Virus record (IMG/VR): IMGVR_UViG_2703718774_000026
DNA: 37,928 nt
Direction: 5' to 3' (one strand)
Origin: a virus
Taxonomy: Duplodnaviria > Heunggongvirae > Uroviricota > Caudoviricetes
Below, in pieces: positions 8,863 to 17,943 of the stretch. Below the pieces are notes generated by a model. It saw only the letters and a program-made list of their open reading frames with translations. It did not search any database and was not told the DNA's origin. Position numbers and translations under genes: made by a program. Each line of letters begins with the position of its first letter. The stretch's first letter is position 1.

Positions 8863-9174
8863 ATGACGACTCCAACCAGACGGATAAGTTTCTATCTGAA
8901 GCCCACCGCCGTCAAGAACGAAGGAGAAGCATGCGCCTGGCTGGACAGCCTTACACCAGAAGCCCGCAAAAGCGGCCAACGCGTGGCTTTTCTGGCCGGG
9001 CTGGCACTTCTGAAAATGAATCCGGCAGAGGCTTATCGACTGGCTGCATGGGCTGGTGATGAAGCGTTATCAGTGACACAAACCAGGACAGAACGCCCCG
9101 CATCACAGCCAGTATCAACCGCACAGATAACCAGTCAGATGGCCGGAAATATCCGGGCGTTATTTCCTGAATAA
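8863..9174 (+). CDS. ParR/StbB-like small adaptor protein, 103 aa
   Basis: Starts 5 nt after the parM stop; N-terminus TRRISFYLKP...LDSLTPEARKSGQRVAFLAGLAL resembles the R1 ParR RHH region as recalled from memory. Confidence 0.6.
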   Translation: MTTPTRRISFYLKPTAVKNEGEACAWLDSLTPEARKSGQRVAFLAGLALLKMNPAEAYRLAAWAGDEALSVTQTRTERPASQPVSTAQITSQMAGNIRALFPE

Positions 9175-9182
9175 CAAAACAT

Positions 9183-9200
9183 CAGGGCGAGTTCGCCCTG
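9183..9200 (+). terminator. Stem-loop CAGGGCGAGTTCGCCCTG between the ParR-like gene and the next gene
   Basis: Inverted repeat seen directly; no U-tract, so terminator function is uncertain. The same stem recurs at 9841-9866. Confidence 0.35.
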
Positions 9201-9237
9201 CTCTCCACCTCAGAACATAAACAAGGAGAACGACTTA

Positions 9238-9828
9238 ATGAGCGAAATCAACTATCAGGCATTACGTGAACGTTATTCACCTGTGCCAGTACCGAAATGC
9301 CCTATTTGCGGCGAGGAAATGTCAATTCAGCGAATATCTGGAGCACAGGTTGTTTATGCCTGCTCCGGTTATGGTGATGATGGAGATTTCAAAATTGGCC
9401 GAACTCTTGCCGACGAACATTATGAAAAATCACGCGTAACAGTGTTGGATGTCGGGGATCCTGAAGTATTGGCGCTACTTGATTGGCTGGAAACCAAAGA
9501 CAACCGAATCGCTGAACTGGAAAAAATCGCCACTGACTATGCACTTAAATTCCAGAAAGCACAGGACGCATTAAAGTATGCCGCTTTGCTGCATAGCAGG
9601 ACGGCGCAACAAACAAATAATTTTGCAGTATCGCTTCCGGACATAAGCGAATATTTCATTAATGACGTATTTCAGCCCTTGCGATACGAGCGGGATGTTG
9701 AAAGAGCCATCATAAAGGCTGGCGGAAAAGCATTGTGGCAGGAGAAACACGAGGACAGAACGCATCAGTCCTGCGATGTAAATCGTGGATGGTTTAGCCC
9801 ACTGACGACAGATAAAAATAACACCTGA
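9238..9828 (+). CDS. Hypothetical protein with N-terminal zinc-ribbon-like motif, 196 aa
   Basis: CPICGEE...N19...YACSGYG near the N-terminus; central region ETKDNRIAELEKIATDYALKFQKAQDALKYAALL looks coiled-coil-like; flanked by two similar hairpins. Confidence 0.55.
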   Translation: MSEINYQALRERYSPVPVPKCPICGEEMSIQRISGAQVVYACSGYGDDGDFKIGRTLADEHYEKSRVTVLDVGDPEVLALLDWLETKDNRIAELEKIATDYALKFQKAQDALKYAALLHSRTAQQTNNFAVSLPDISEYFINDVFQPLRYERDVERAIIKAGGKALWQEKHEDRTHQSCDVNRGWFSPLTTDKNNT

Positions 9829-9867
9829 TCCCCCTCAAACCAGGGCGATAATCGCGCATCGCCCTGC

Positions 9868-9966
9868 TGCACAATAGTGCACAAGTTTGCACAATTTTTT
9901 TGAACGACTTTTTACCCTTCCGGCCCGCATGGCGGCTGGATCCGTCAAGGATCCGTGCGTGCACAA
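9868..9966 (+). repeat. Phased TGCACAA repeats in the non-coding stretch between cargo and Q (candidate cos-region elements)
   Basis: TGCACAA at 9868, 9878 and 9888 (exact 10-bp spacing) and again at 9960; GGATCCGT occurs twice at 9939-9958. Confidence 0.45.
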
Positions 9967-10267
9967 AAAAACGCGCTTTTTCTGCGCGCAGGTGACGGGG
10001 GAACAGCCCGCGTTTCAGGGGGTAAATAGCATCCCCTGAACGATGTCGCAGCGACACAACAGAATGGCTGTATTTCTCACGCTGAGCGTGAAAAAGACGT
10101 GAGGGCTTTTGATTTGATGGGTGGCAGATAAGGCCGTCAAAATCGCACTGAGGCGGCGAGAACATGCAGTCAACGCGGTGGGATTGCGTAAGAGTCTGAC
10201 CGCCGATGATGACAATAAGCAGAAAAGCGTCGTGAAATTATCTGATTGATACAGGAGCTGGAGAGTC

Positions 10268-10290
10268 GGGGCATAAATTTTTTATGCCCC
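10268..10290 (-). terminator. Palindromic hairpin GGGGCATAAA-TTT-TTTATGCCCC just 3' of the portal gene
   Basis: Perfect 10-bp stems, A/T loop, 28 bp downstream of the Q stop on the minus strand; could act in either direction. Confidence 0.4.
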
Positions 10291-10317
10291 GGCGAAGCAG
10301 CAGACAAGCGAAGCGCG

Positions 10318-11364
10318 TCAGGATGTGGGCTGGGTATCTAGCAGTGCGTAAGGGTTAAAGCGGATCACCTCTTCGCCAAGCCAGTCATTGATGTGCTTCA
10401 TGGCCTCCATAACGGGCATCAGCTCGTTAATTGCGTAAACCCGCGCGGCCTTCTCCACATCACCAAACGCACTTTTTTCGCCCGGCATCGCCCCCATCAG
10501 TTGCGGCGGAACGCGGTGCGCAGCCAGCACATCATCACGGGATGCCGCCTTAACATTCATGAACTCATCCTTTGCAGTGATCTGCTGGAACGGCAAAATT
10601 TGCACACCTTCTTTGCCCCCGTTGGGCGCATGGATGAGTACGTTTTTAAACGCACCACCACCACGCGCGCCCTGTAACGTTTCTTTCAGGGAGTCCATGC
10701 TTTCGCGGTTTACCTGCGCTGCACCGATGTAGATGATGCACCCGGCGTGGGATCCGTTGTCGTAGTACAGTTTTCTGAACATGTCCGCCGAATGAGAAAG
10801 GCTGGCCGAGAGTAATGCGCCAAGATATTCCGGCATGCCGTAGATTTCCTGGTTAATATCCGGATTCATCAGGTGGCACACTTTGCCAGGGCGAAACTGG
10901 AACGCGTCCTTGCCATCCTGCACATACCACCATGATTCAAGATCGCTTCCGCGTCGCATGTATTTCGCCAGGGCGTGCCGTAATTTAAGCGGTTCGCCGA
11001 GCATATTGCTTCTAAGCTCAAGGAATGCGTTACCGAACACAAACCAGTCCAGCGCCAGCGCCGAGAAATCCTGCCGGGAAAGCAGCGGGTGCGGGATGTA
11101 GCAACCGAGTAATACATTGCGCTTAAAGTAAAGCGCAGACTGATGCCAGGACGTTTGCCGGGCTGCTCTTGCCAGACCGTACCAGTCCACCGGGGTTTCA
11201 TACCACCGTCCGTTATCAGCACAGTACATATTGTCCAGCAGGTCATGCCCGGTCAGGCGATAAGGACCATCAAATGTGAATGCACTGAGCGATGATTCTT
11301 TCCTGAGCGCATCAGCGAGATCAATGCGTGAACTCATGCGCACTTTTTTATTTTTTCTGCTCAT
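10318..11364 (-). CDS. Q: Portal protein (P2 gpQ-like), 348 aa
   Basis: Size and position match P2 Q next to the cos region; start overlaps the P stop; transcribed opposite to O-N-M-L as in P2. Confidence 0.9.
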   Translation of the reverse strand: MSRKNKKVRMSSRIDLADALRKESSLSAFTFDGPYRLTGHDLLDNMYCADNGRWYETPVDWYGLARAARQTSWHQSALYFKRNVLLGCYIPHPLLSRQDFSALALDWFVFGNAFLELRSNMLGEPLKLRHALAKYMRRGSDLESWWYVQDGKDAFQFRPGKVCHLMNPDINQEIYGMPEYLGALLSASLSHSADMFRKLYYDNGSHAGCIIYIGAAQVNRESMDSLKETLQGARGGGAFKNVLIHAPNGGKEGVQILPFQQITAKDEFMNVKAASRDDVLAAHRVPPQLMGAMPGEKSAFGDVEKAARVYAINELMPVMEAMKHINDWLGEEVIRFNPYALLDTQPTS

Positions 11365-13115
11365 CAGAACTCCATAACCGTGAAACGCTCGTTTTCTCCT
11401 TCGCCGCCAATCGGTTCGTTAATGACAGCAAGCATGGTTGCCCACGCAAGGTCGCCGTGGCTGATCCCCCTCGCGCGGTCCGTTTCGTAAGTGATAAAGC
11501 CGCCCGGTGTTTTCACCTTACGCACGGCGTTAAAGGCCGCGACCAGCTCGCGTTCGGCGCGATCGTATTCCCACCGCCCGGCACGCATTATTTGCAGCAT
11601 TTTCAGTACCAGCGACCGTTTTGATGACAGCGTGAAGGTGTACGGAATAGCAGCAGGGAAAAACCGTTTCACTATCTGATAAACAGCCTCCCCGTTCCCG
11701 CCCGTCACATCAATGCCGATGTGTTCCACGTTGTAGCGATACGTGAACTCTTCAATGACTCTGGCCTGTTCTTCAAACTCCAGCCCCTGAACGCGTCGCG
11801 TCTCCACCGTTCGAAAACGGCCACCAGGAACAGCCGGAGGAACCACCACGGACACAGCGCCGCTGTCGCCGTTGCCACTACTGCCGTTTGCGTCATACCC
11901 AATCCATACCGGACGATTCCCCATCGGGCGGGGAGCAAAAGGTTTCCAGTCTTTCCAGTCGTCGTATCCGTCAACACCGCAGCCAATCAGGATATTCAGG
12001 TTAAATGCCGATTCCCCTTCGCGGACAAACTCACACATATAGAGATTGAGGAACTCGTCTTCGGTGTTTTCATCACGAATTTCGTCGATATCGGTGTGTT
12101 TCCAGCCGTGATTGACCACATCTTCCAGCGTGACAATTTGCCGCCACGTCCGGTCAGGGCAGATAAGCCCGTTATGCAGCGTTTTCCAGTCCACAGAAAA
12201 ACGCTGGCGTTTATGCGTGGCCTTTTTCTCGTTCCAGCGGTCGCCGTTCCAGTAGGCGTATGCCTCGTGCGTTTCGGTGGATGGCGTGGAGAAGTAGGTG
12301 CGCCGCAGTCCGCTGAGGGTTGCCATAGCGCCAGCCACCTTGCGCAGTTCAGCAAAGCGACTGACCCAGAAAAATTCATCAAAATAAAAATTGCCCGTAT
12401 AGGACTGTGCCGACGCAGCAGAAGTGCCGAGAAAATGCAGCTCTGCGCCGTTGGAGAGGATGATTTTATCGCCCCCTTTCAGCTCCACATCAACTTCAGC
12501 CGCGGCCTTCTGAATAATGCTTTTAAACTGGAACGCCTGACGACGCGACGCAGACAAAAAAATCTGGTTACGCTGGTAAGGTTGCGCCACATCGTCACGC
12601 AGCGCCATCAGCAGAGCTTCCTGTGCAAAATACCAGGTCGCCCCAATCTGTCGGGATTTCAGGATCATCCTGTTACGTATCCCGGCTTCCCTGCAAAGGG
12701 TCAGGGAGTCAAACCAGCCCCGCTGATGCCACTCCAGCCTGCTGATGATTTTTTCCCGCAGTGCGGCAATCTGTTCCGGCGTGAAATGATTTTTGAGTTT
12801 TTTCGCCCGGCCTTTCTTTCCTGTGACCGTCGCATCCGGCTGGCCATCATGCAGTTTTTTAAGCTGCCGGGTCAGCAGGTCTATTTCCTTAAAGTCACCG
12901 CCTGTTTTATTCTGTTTTTCAGTAAGCTGGATGAGGCGCGCATCGATGGACTGCGTGACACGCTGCACGGGTGGCGTTTCATCCCACTGGTCGCGTTTTT
13001 TCCACGCATAAATCGTGTTCGGGTTTATTCCCATCAGACGTGATATTTCTGCGGGCGGATAACCCTGCCAGTAAAGTTGCCGCGCACGCTGGCGCACAAA
13101 AGCGTCCTGAATCAT
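11364..13115 (-). CDS. P: Terminase large (ATPase) subunit (P2 gpP-like), 583 aa
   Basis: Size and order match P2 P; divergent from O across a 120-bp promoter region. Confidence 0.9.
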   Translation of the reverse strand: MIQDAFVRQRARQLYWQGYPPAEISRLMGINPNTIYAWKKRDQWDETPPVQRVTQSIDARLIQLTEKQNKTGGDFKEIDLLTRQLKKLHDGQPDATVTGKKGRAKKLKNHFTPEQIAALREKIISRLEWHQRGWFDSLTLCREAGIRNRMILKSRQIGATWYFAQEALLMALRDDVAQPYQRNQIFLSASRRQAFQFKSIIQKAAAEVDVELKGGDKIILSNGAELHFLGTSAASAQSYTGNFYFDEFFWVSRFAELRKVAGAMATLSGLRRTYFSTPSTETHEAYAYWNGDRWNEKKATHKRQRFSVDWKTLHNGLICPDRTWRQIVTLEDVVNHGWKHTDIDEIRDENTEDEFLNLYMCEFVREGESAFNLNILIGCGVDGYDDWKDWKPFAPRPMGNRPVWIGYDANGSSGNGDSGAVSVVVPPAVPGGRFRTVETRRVQGLEFEEQARVIEEFTYRYNVEHIGIDVTGGNGEAVYQIVKRFFPAAIPYTFTLSSKRSLVLKMLQIMRAGRWEYDRAERELVAAFNAVRKVKTPGGFITYETDRARGISHGDLAWATMLAVINEPIGGEGENERFTVMEF

Positions 13116-13269
13116 TGCTCCCCCTGAGTAATTACAGGAAGATTACCCGCGCGCGAAACTGTTCTCCTTAACCCCCTGTTCTGGCCGTTTTCTTACAACA
13201 AAATCCCTTTGTATCAGCCTGTTACGCTTTGCCATCATGACTGAAGAACCAGTCAGAGGGGCAAAAACT
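13116..13269. promoter_or_regulatory. Divergent late promoter region between P and O
   Basis: Non-coding gap between divergent late operons, the position of P2 Ogr-dependent promoters; no clean TGT-N12-ACA box found by eye. Confidence 0.35.
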
Positions 13270-14106
13270 ATGGCTAATGAAAAAAAGACATCCCGCAAAA
13301 AGTTTCGCGTGGCTGTCTCCGGATCAACTGTTGATGGCCGCGAAATCAGCCCGGTACATCTGCGTGAAGCCGCCGAGAACTTCAACCCGGATGTTTACGC
13401 TGCCCGCGTGAACGTTGAGCACTATCTCTCGCCATGCCCGTCAAGCGAATTTTCCGCAATGGGCGATGTCACCGCGCTGAGTACGGAAGATATTACGGAA
13501 GGCCCGCTGGCCGGACGTACTGCGCTGTATGCAGAAATCGAACCGACCGAGCGCATGAAGCAGCTTATCGCTGACGGCAAGAAAATCTATTCCAGTATCG
13601 AACTGCACCCGCAGTTCTCCGTTAACGGGCGTGCCTATCTGGTCGGGCTGGCGATGACCGACACCCCGGCAAGCCTGGGCACTGAGCGCCTGAAATTCAC
13701 GGCACAGCAGCGTCAGGCGGTGATGACGTTCAACAGTATCCAGGGTGAAGCACCGCTTATCTCCGAAGCCATCGAGTCTGAAATCATCGAAATGGCAGAA
13801 CAACGCCAGGAAGAAGGCACCCAGTGGTTTAACCGCGTAATGGGGATTATTGGTCGTGGCCGCAAAGCGGATGACGCCAGTTTCTCCCGTATTCAGGAAG
13901 CGGTGGAAGGCGTTGCAACATCACAGGTCGACATTATCGACCGTTTTAATGTGCTGGAAACCCGCCATCAGCAGGACCGCCAGAAAATCACGTCACTGAC
14001 CACAGAGCTGACAGCACTGAAGGAAAAACTGCGCACGCAGGACGGCGATCCGCAGAACCGCTTCACCGCAACGGGCGCAGCCTCCGACCAGCTGGCTGAC
14101 TTCTGA
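13270..14106 (+). CDS. O: Capsid scaffolding protein (P2 gpO-like), 278 aa
   Basis: MANEKKTSRKKFRVAVSGSTVDGR and YLVGLAMTDTPASLGTE parallel P2 O (MAKKVSKFFRIGVEGDTCDGR, YLVGLAVTDDPASLGTE, recalled from memory); start taken at 13270 rather than the ORF-track start at 13237. Confidence 0.85.
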   Translation: MANEKKTSRKKFRVAVSGSTVDGREISPVHLREAAENFNPDVYAARVNVEHYLSPCPSSEFSAMGDVTALSTEDITEGPLAGRTALYAEIEPTERMKQLIADGKKIYSSIELHPQFSVNGRAYLVGLAMTDTPASLGTERLKFTAQQRQAVMTFNSIQGEAPLISEAIESEIIEMAEQRQEEGTQWFNRVMGIIGRGRKADDASFSRIQEAVEGVATSQVDIIDRFNVLETRHQQDRQKITSLTTELTALKEKLRTQDGDPQNRFTATGAASDQLADF

Positions 14107-14129
14107 TAAGACAAAGGAGCAAATTTTTT

Positions 14130-15182
14130 ATGAATCTGGTGATGTCAGATATTACCCGCAACAAGCTGGGTTGCTATATGGCGCAGCAGGCGTCGCTTAA
14201 CAATATCCCGGTATCTGCACTGGTATCGCGATTTACCGTGGAACCCGCGGTGCAGCAGCGTTTTGAAAACGCCTCAAAGGAAAGTACCGAATTTACGAAA
14301 AGAATTAACGTGATCGGCGTGACCGACCAGAAAGGCGAAAAAATCCTCCCGGACACCACCGGGCCAATTGCGCGCACGAATAGCAGTTATGACGGCATCA
14401 AACGCCGTAACCCGAATAACGTGATCGATATGAAGTCTCGTCAGTACCAGTGCGAACAGGTGAACTACGATACCTTTATTTCGTACCCACAGCTTGATAC
14501 CTGGGCGGCCCACAGCGATTTTCAGTCCCGTATCAGTACACAGATCGCCCGGCAGGTAGCGCTTGATCGCATCATGATTGGCTTTAACGGCACATCCCAC
14601 GCCTACGAGTCTGATTTTCACACCAACAAGCTGCTTCAGGACGTTAACGTGGGCTGGCTGGAGCACATCAGAACCGATGCCAGCGAGCGCGTAATGAATG
14701 ACGTGACGCTGACCTCCCGCAACATGGACAACACTGTGGCGCACGCGGGTAAGTATGCGAATGCCGATGCTCTGGTACAGGATGCGCGCTCATCCCTGCT
14801 GGATGAATGGCACAAGGAAGCTGACGACCTCGTGGTGATTATGGGGCGCAACCTGTTTAACTCGCTGCGTCTGCCCGTGCTGAACAGCATCAGCGGCCAG
14901 AATCCCAATGCGGAATTACTTGCCGGGCAGCTCATCCTGTCATCGCGCACCATTGGCGGGCTGGGCGTGTTCCTTGCGCCGTTCTTCCCGGATGCAACGA
15001 TGCTTATCACCTCGTTCAACAACCTGTCGATTTACTGGCAGAAAGGTTCAATGCGTCGTCTGATGAAAGACGAGCCGGAATACAACCGCATCGCCACCTA
15101 CCAGTCCATCAATGACGCTTATGTCGTTGAAGACTATGGCAAGTGCGCGATGGTCACTGGCCTGAAGTTCGCCGACAGCTAA
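14130..15182 (+). CDS. N: Major capsid protein (P2 gpN-like), 350 aa
   Basis: RBS AAAGGAG; blocks FTVEP, GFNG, LLQDVNVGWL, LVVIMGRNL, MLITSFNNLSIY, YVVEDY match P2 N as recalled from memory. Confidence 0.9.
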   Translation: MNLVMSDITRNKLGCYMAQQASLNNIPVSALVSRFTVEPAVQQRFENASKESTEFTKRINVIGVTDQKGEKILPDTTGPIARTNSSYDGIKRRNPNNVIDMKSRQYQCEQVNYDTFISYPQLDTWAAHSDFQSRISTQIARQVALDRIMIGFNGTSHAYESDFHTNKLLQDVNVGWLEHIRTDASERVMNDVTLTSRNMDNTVAHAGKYANADALVQDARSSLLDEWHKEADDLVVIMGRNLFNSLRLPVLNSISGQNPNAELLAGQLILSSRTIGGLGVFLAPFFPDATMLITSFNNLSIYWQKGSMRRLMKDEPEYNRIATYQSINDAYVVEDYGKCAMVTGLKFADS

Positions 15183-15227
15183 TCAACTCACGGCGGGCAT
15201 CATGCCCGCCTGTAACGGAGAGAAAAA

Positions 15228-16028
15228 ATGATTACTCCTGCACAACAACACTGGCAGAACGTGATGGCACAGCGCGCAGGCCGGGCGAATGAAGGTGTGG
15301 ACCACGCCGCGTGTACCGCGCATGAAGAAGTGCTGTATCGTCTGCGTCTGGCACAGGCCAGGCTAAAGGCCATACAGGCCAGAAGCGCGAAAGCCGCCAT
15401 CAAAAAAGAGTTGTTGCCGGACTTTTCCGGCTGGATTGAGGGAACGCTGGAGGCTGACGGCGGGCAACAGGACGAAGTAATTGCCACGCTGATGGTGTGG
15501 GCGATTGACTGCGGCGATCTTCCGCTGGCGCTGCGTATTGGTGCATATGTGGTCCGTCACAACCTCATCATGCCGGATAACTTTGGCCGTACTGCTGCCA
15601 CGGTACTGACCGAAGAAATCTGCAACCCGGTACTGACGCAGGCTGGGACGGATGCCGACGCGGATTTATCCGCCTTTATCGAACCACTGGACACACTTTG
15701 GGAAATTGTCGCCAACCAGGACATTCCGGACGAAGTGCGCGCCAAATTATGCAAGGCGTGTGCCTTTGCCCGTCGTGGCCTGACCGATGCAGACAACATG
15801 GCCTCATCACTGAAGCTGCTGCGCGAAGCGATGCACCTGAACCCGAACGCAGGTGTGAAACGCGAGATTGCAACCCTTTCCCGCGCCCTGAAAAAAGCCG
15901 ATTCCGCAGCCGAACCAGAAGACGCCAGCGCACAGCAGGCGCAGGACGAAAGCAGCAAAAATAAAAAGACAACGCGGAAGCCTGCAACACGAAAAACCAC
16001 CGCGACGCAGAAGGCAAAGCGCGGTTAA
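15228..16028 (+). CDS. M: Terminase small/endonuclease subunit (P2 gpM-like), 266 aa
   Basis: Position after N; K/R-rich C-terminal tail. Confidence 0.75.
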   Translation: MITPAQQHWQNVMAQRAGRANEGVDHAACTAHEEVLYRLRLAQARLKAIQARSAKAAIKKELLPDFSGWIEGTLEADGGQQDEVIATLMVWAIDCGDLPLALRIGAYVVRHNLIMPDNFGRTAATVLTEEICNPVLTQAGTDADADLSAFIEPLDTLWEIVANQDIPDEVRAKLCKACAFARRGLTDADNMASSLKLLREAMHLNPNAGVKREIATLSRALKKADSAAEPEDASAQQAQDESSKNKKTTRKPATRKTTATQKAKRG

Positions 16029-16120
16029 CGACTGACCCCGTCAGCGGGCGGCGTGCGCGGTGTTCCGGTTTGACTCCGTGACCGTTTACACCGCGCACCC
16101 ACCGCCCGATTTTTTCAGGA

Positions 16121-16624
16121 GTGAACCCCATGAGTATGGTTGCCAGAACTAACCCCGGCCCCGCAGAGGACGACATCACCGATACCGATGATGGCGACAC
16201 TCGCATTTCAGCGGGTGCATTCTGGCCGGATATTGTGCTGCGTGAGCTGCGTCTGGCGGTACGACTGCCGGGCCGCGTGACCACCTCCCGCCTGCTGCAT
16301 ACCGCCACCGGGGCCATAGCACACGTTACCCGCGAGCTGGAAGCATGGCAGCAGGAACAACAGGCGGCTGGCTATCAGACGCTGGCCGATGTTCCGGCCC
16401 CTGTAATTAACGGAGAAAGCGTCAATCTCTGGCACTGGCGCAATGCTGTTTATACCGCCACACGCGCCCTGATTCTGGAGCGTTACCGCGATGCGGACAC
16501 AACGGACAAGGGCGACCGCCGGGCGGACGCACTGGATATACAGACATCGGATTTGTGGCGCGATGTGAGCTGGGCCATCTCTGACATTCTGGGACGACCG
16601 CGAATGTTTGCGGAGCTGTGCTGA
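16121..16624 (+). CDS. L: Head completion/stabilisation protein (P2 gpL-like), 167 aa
   Basis: Size and position match P2 L; stop overlaps the X start. Confidence 0.8.
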   Translation: MNPMSMVARTNPGPAEDDITDTDDGDTRISAGAFWPDIVLRELRLAVRLPGRVTTSRLLHTATGAIAHVTRELEAWQQEQQAAGYQTLADVPAPVINGESVNLWHWRNAVYTATRALILERYRDADTTDKGDRRADALDIQTSDLWRDVSWAISDILGRPRMFAELC

Positions 16625-16824
16625 TGAAAGTGAAGGCACTGGAAGGCGACACCGTGGATTCGCTCTGTTTCCGGTACTACGGCACGACACGGGGCGTCAC
16701 CGAAAAGGTGCTGGATGCCAACCCCGGACTCTGTCAGCAGGTATTTCTGGACGCCGGGCAGGAAGTGGAGATGCCGGAGCCGGAGAAGAAGAAACGAGAA
16801 ATGATTCAGTTGTGGGGGGAGTAG
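16624..16824 (+). CDS. X: Tail protein X (P2 gpX-like), 66 aa
   Basis: KALEGDTVDSLCFRYYGTTRGVTEKVLDANPGL parallels P2 X as recalled from memory; ATG at 16624 overlaps the L stop. Confidence 0.8.
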   Translation: MKVKALEGDTVDSLCFRYYGTTRGVTEKVLDANPGLCQQVFLDAGQEVEMPEPEKKKREMIQLWGE

Positions 16825-16826
16825 CA

Positions 16827-17150
16827 GTGAGCACCATTCAAACAGGGATCACAGAGCAGGTTATTGCGTGGCTCTTTGACCACCTGCCAACGGTGTATGC
16901 AGTAGGCGCGGCTGTCAGCATTTCCGCGCTGATGAGTCTTTATGACGGACGAACACTGGTTCAGACCGTAACGGGATCGCTGGCGTGCGGCGTTCTTGCC
17001 ATGGCCGTGGCCGGGTCGCTGCGCTTCTTCGGGATCCCTGAGGATGCAGTGACGTTTTTTGGTGCCTCAATCGGTTTTATGGGCGCAGAGAAAGCACGCG
17101 ACAAGGTTATTGCAATATTTGATCGCAGGGTGAAGGAGAGGAACGAATGA
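16827..17150 (+). CDS. Putative holin, about 107 aa
   Basis: GTG start after a GGGGGAG RBS; two or three hydrophobic helices; position between X and the endolysin. An alternative ATG start lies at 16931. Confidence 0.55.
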   Translation: MSTIQTGITEQVIAWLFDHLPTVYAVGAAVSISALMSLYDGRTLVQTVTGSLACGVLAMAVAGSLRFFGIPEDAVTFFGASIGFMGAEKARDKVIAIFDRRVKERNE

Positions 17151-17539
17151 GCAACACATTTAAATTCAGCAGCCGAAGCGAAAAGAATTTGCAGGGTGTA
17201 AATCCTGATCTGGTGAAAGTGACCCGACGGGCGCTGGAAATCTCGGAAGTGGATTTTGGTATCACCGAAGGATTGCGCAGTCGTTATCGTCAGAAGCAGC
17301 TCGTGACCACAGGCAAGAGCCAGACCATGAACAGTCGCCATCTCACAGGGCATGCCGTGGATGTTGTGGCTTATGTTGGCAGCCAGGTGTCATGGGAATG
17401 GCCGCTGTACGAAAAAATCGCAGCAGCATTCAGACAGGCCAGCCGGGAACTGAATATTCCGGTGGAATGGGGCGGCGACTGGAAGACCCTGAAAGACGGA
17501 CCGCATTTTCAGTTACCACACGGAGCCTATCCGGCATGA
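17147..17539 (+). CDS. Endolysin, peptidase M15-type (VanY-like zinc peptidase fold), 130 aa
   Basis: SRHLTGHAVDV and a later His are consistent with an H-x6-D...H zinc triad; start overlaps the holin stop; differs from the P2 K lysozyme. Confidence 0.7.
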   Translation: MSNTFKFSSRSEKNLQGVNPDLVKVTRRALEISEVDFGITEGLRSRYRQKQLVTTGKSQTMNSRHLTGHAVDVVAYVGSQVSWEWPLYEKIAAAFRQASRELNIPVEWGGDWKTLKDGPHFQLPHGAYPA

Positions 17540-17943
17540 AGCTCTGGCCCACGCTTGGCGTCGCTTTCCTTCTGATTGCCGCATGGGGAACATCCATGCG
17601 TCTGTCGTGGTCGCTGGGCCGGGAGAACGCCAGAAACGAAGCGCAGGCCAGCACCCTGAAAAGTACCGTCGACACACTGAATATCATCAGCGCCGGGGTA
17701 CAGGATATGCAGCAGGTGCTGGCTCAACTCCGCGCGGACAATCAGCAACGCAATCAGGACGGAGAGGTAAGACGTGAACAGCTACGCAACGATATTGCAA
17801 AAGATGAATGCGCCCACGCTTTGCCTGACGCTCGTTTTACTGACAGGTTGCGCAGGCACGCAGAACGCGCCACGGCCAGCGCCGTCAGTCCGGCTTATAC
17901 CGCAGACGCTGACCATGCCGGTAACGCCTCCCCCCTTCCCTGA
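17536..17943 (+). CDS. Rz-like inner-membrane spanin (P2 LysB position), 135 aa
   Basis: N-terminal transmembrane segment LWPTLGVAFLLIAAW, then a coiled-coil-like region; start overlaps the endolysin stop. Confidence 0.65.
   Translation: MKLWPTLGVAFLLIAAWGTSMRLSWSLGRENARNEAQASTLKSTVDTLNIISAGVQDMQQVLAQLRADNQQRNQDGEVRREQLRNDIAKDECAHALPDARFTDRLRRHAERATASAVSPAYTADADHAGNASPLP

Noticed and set aside
9794-10215. Minus-strand ORFs of 123 and 66 aa in the region between cargo and Q
   Set aside because: Fall in the repeat- and palindrome-rich presumed cos region; no ribosome-binding site; more likely non-coding packaging DNA.
11721-13043. 440-aa ORF on the plus strand
   Set aside because: Entirely antisense to the terminase large-subunit gene; a shadow frame in a GC-rich gene with no ribosome-binding site and no recognisable motif.
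13116-13269. Ogr-type TGT-N12-ACA activator boxes in the P/O divergent region and upstream of FI
   Set aside because: Looked by eye and found only off-spacing matches such as TGT-N15-ACA; not reported as sites without a proper motif scan.
14274-15022. Minus-strand ORFs of 156 and 128 aa
   Set aside because: Antisense to the major capsid gene.
15557-16317. Minus-strand ORFs of 147 and 213 aa
   Set aside because: Antisense to the M gene and the M-L junction; no start context; Ser/Arg-rich shadow frames.
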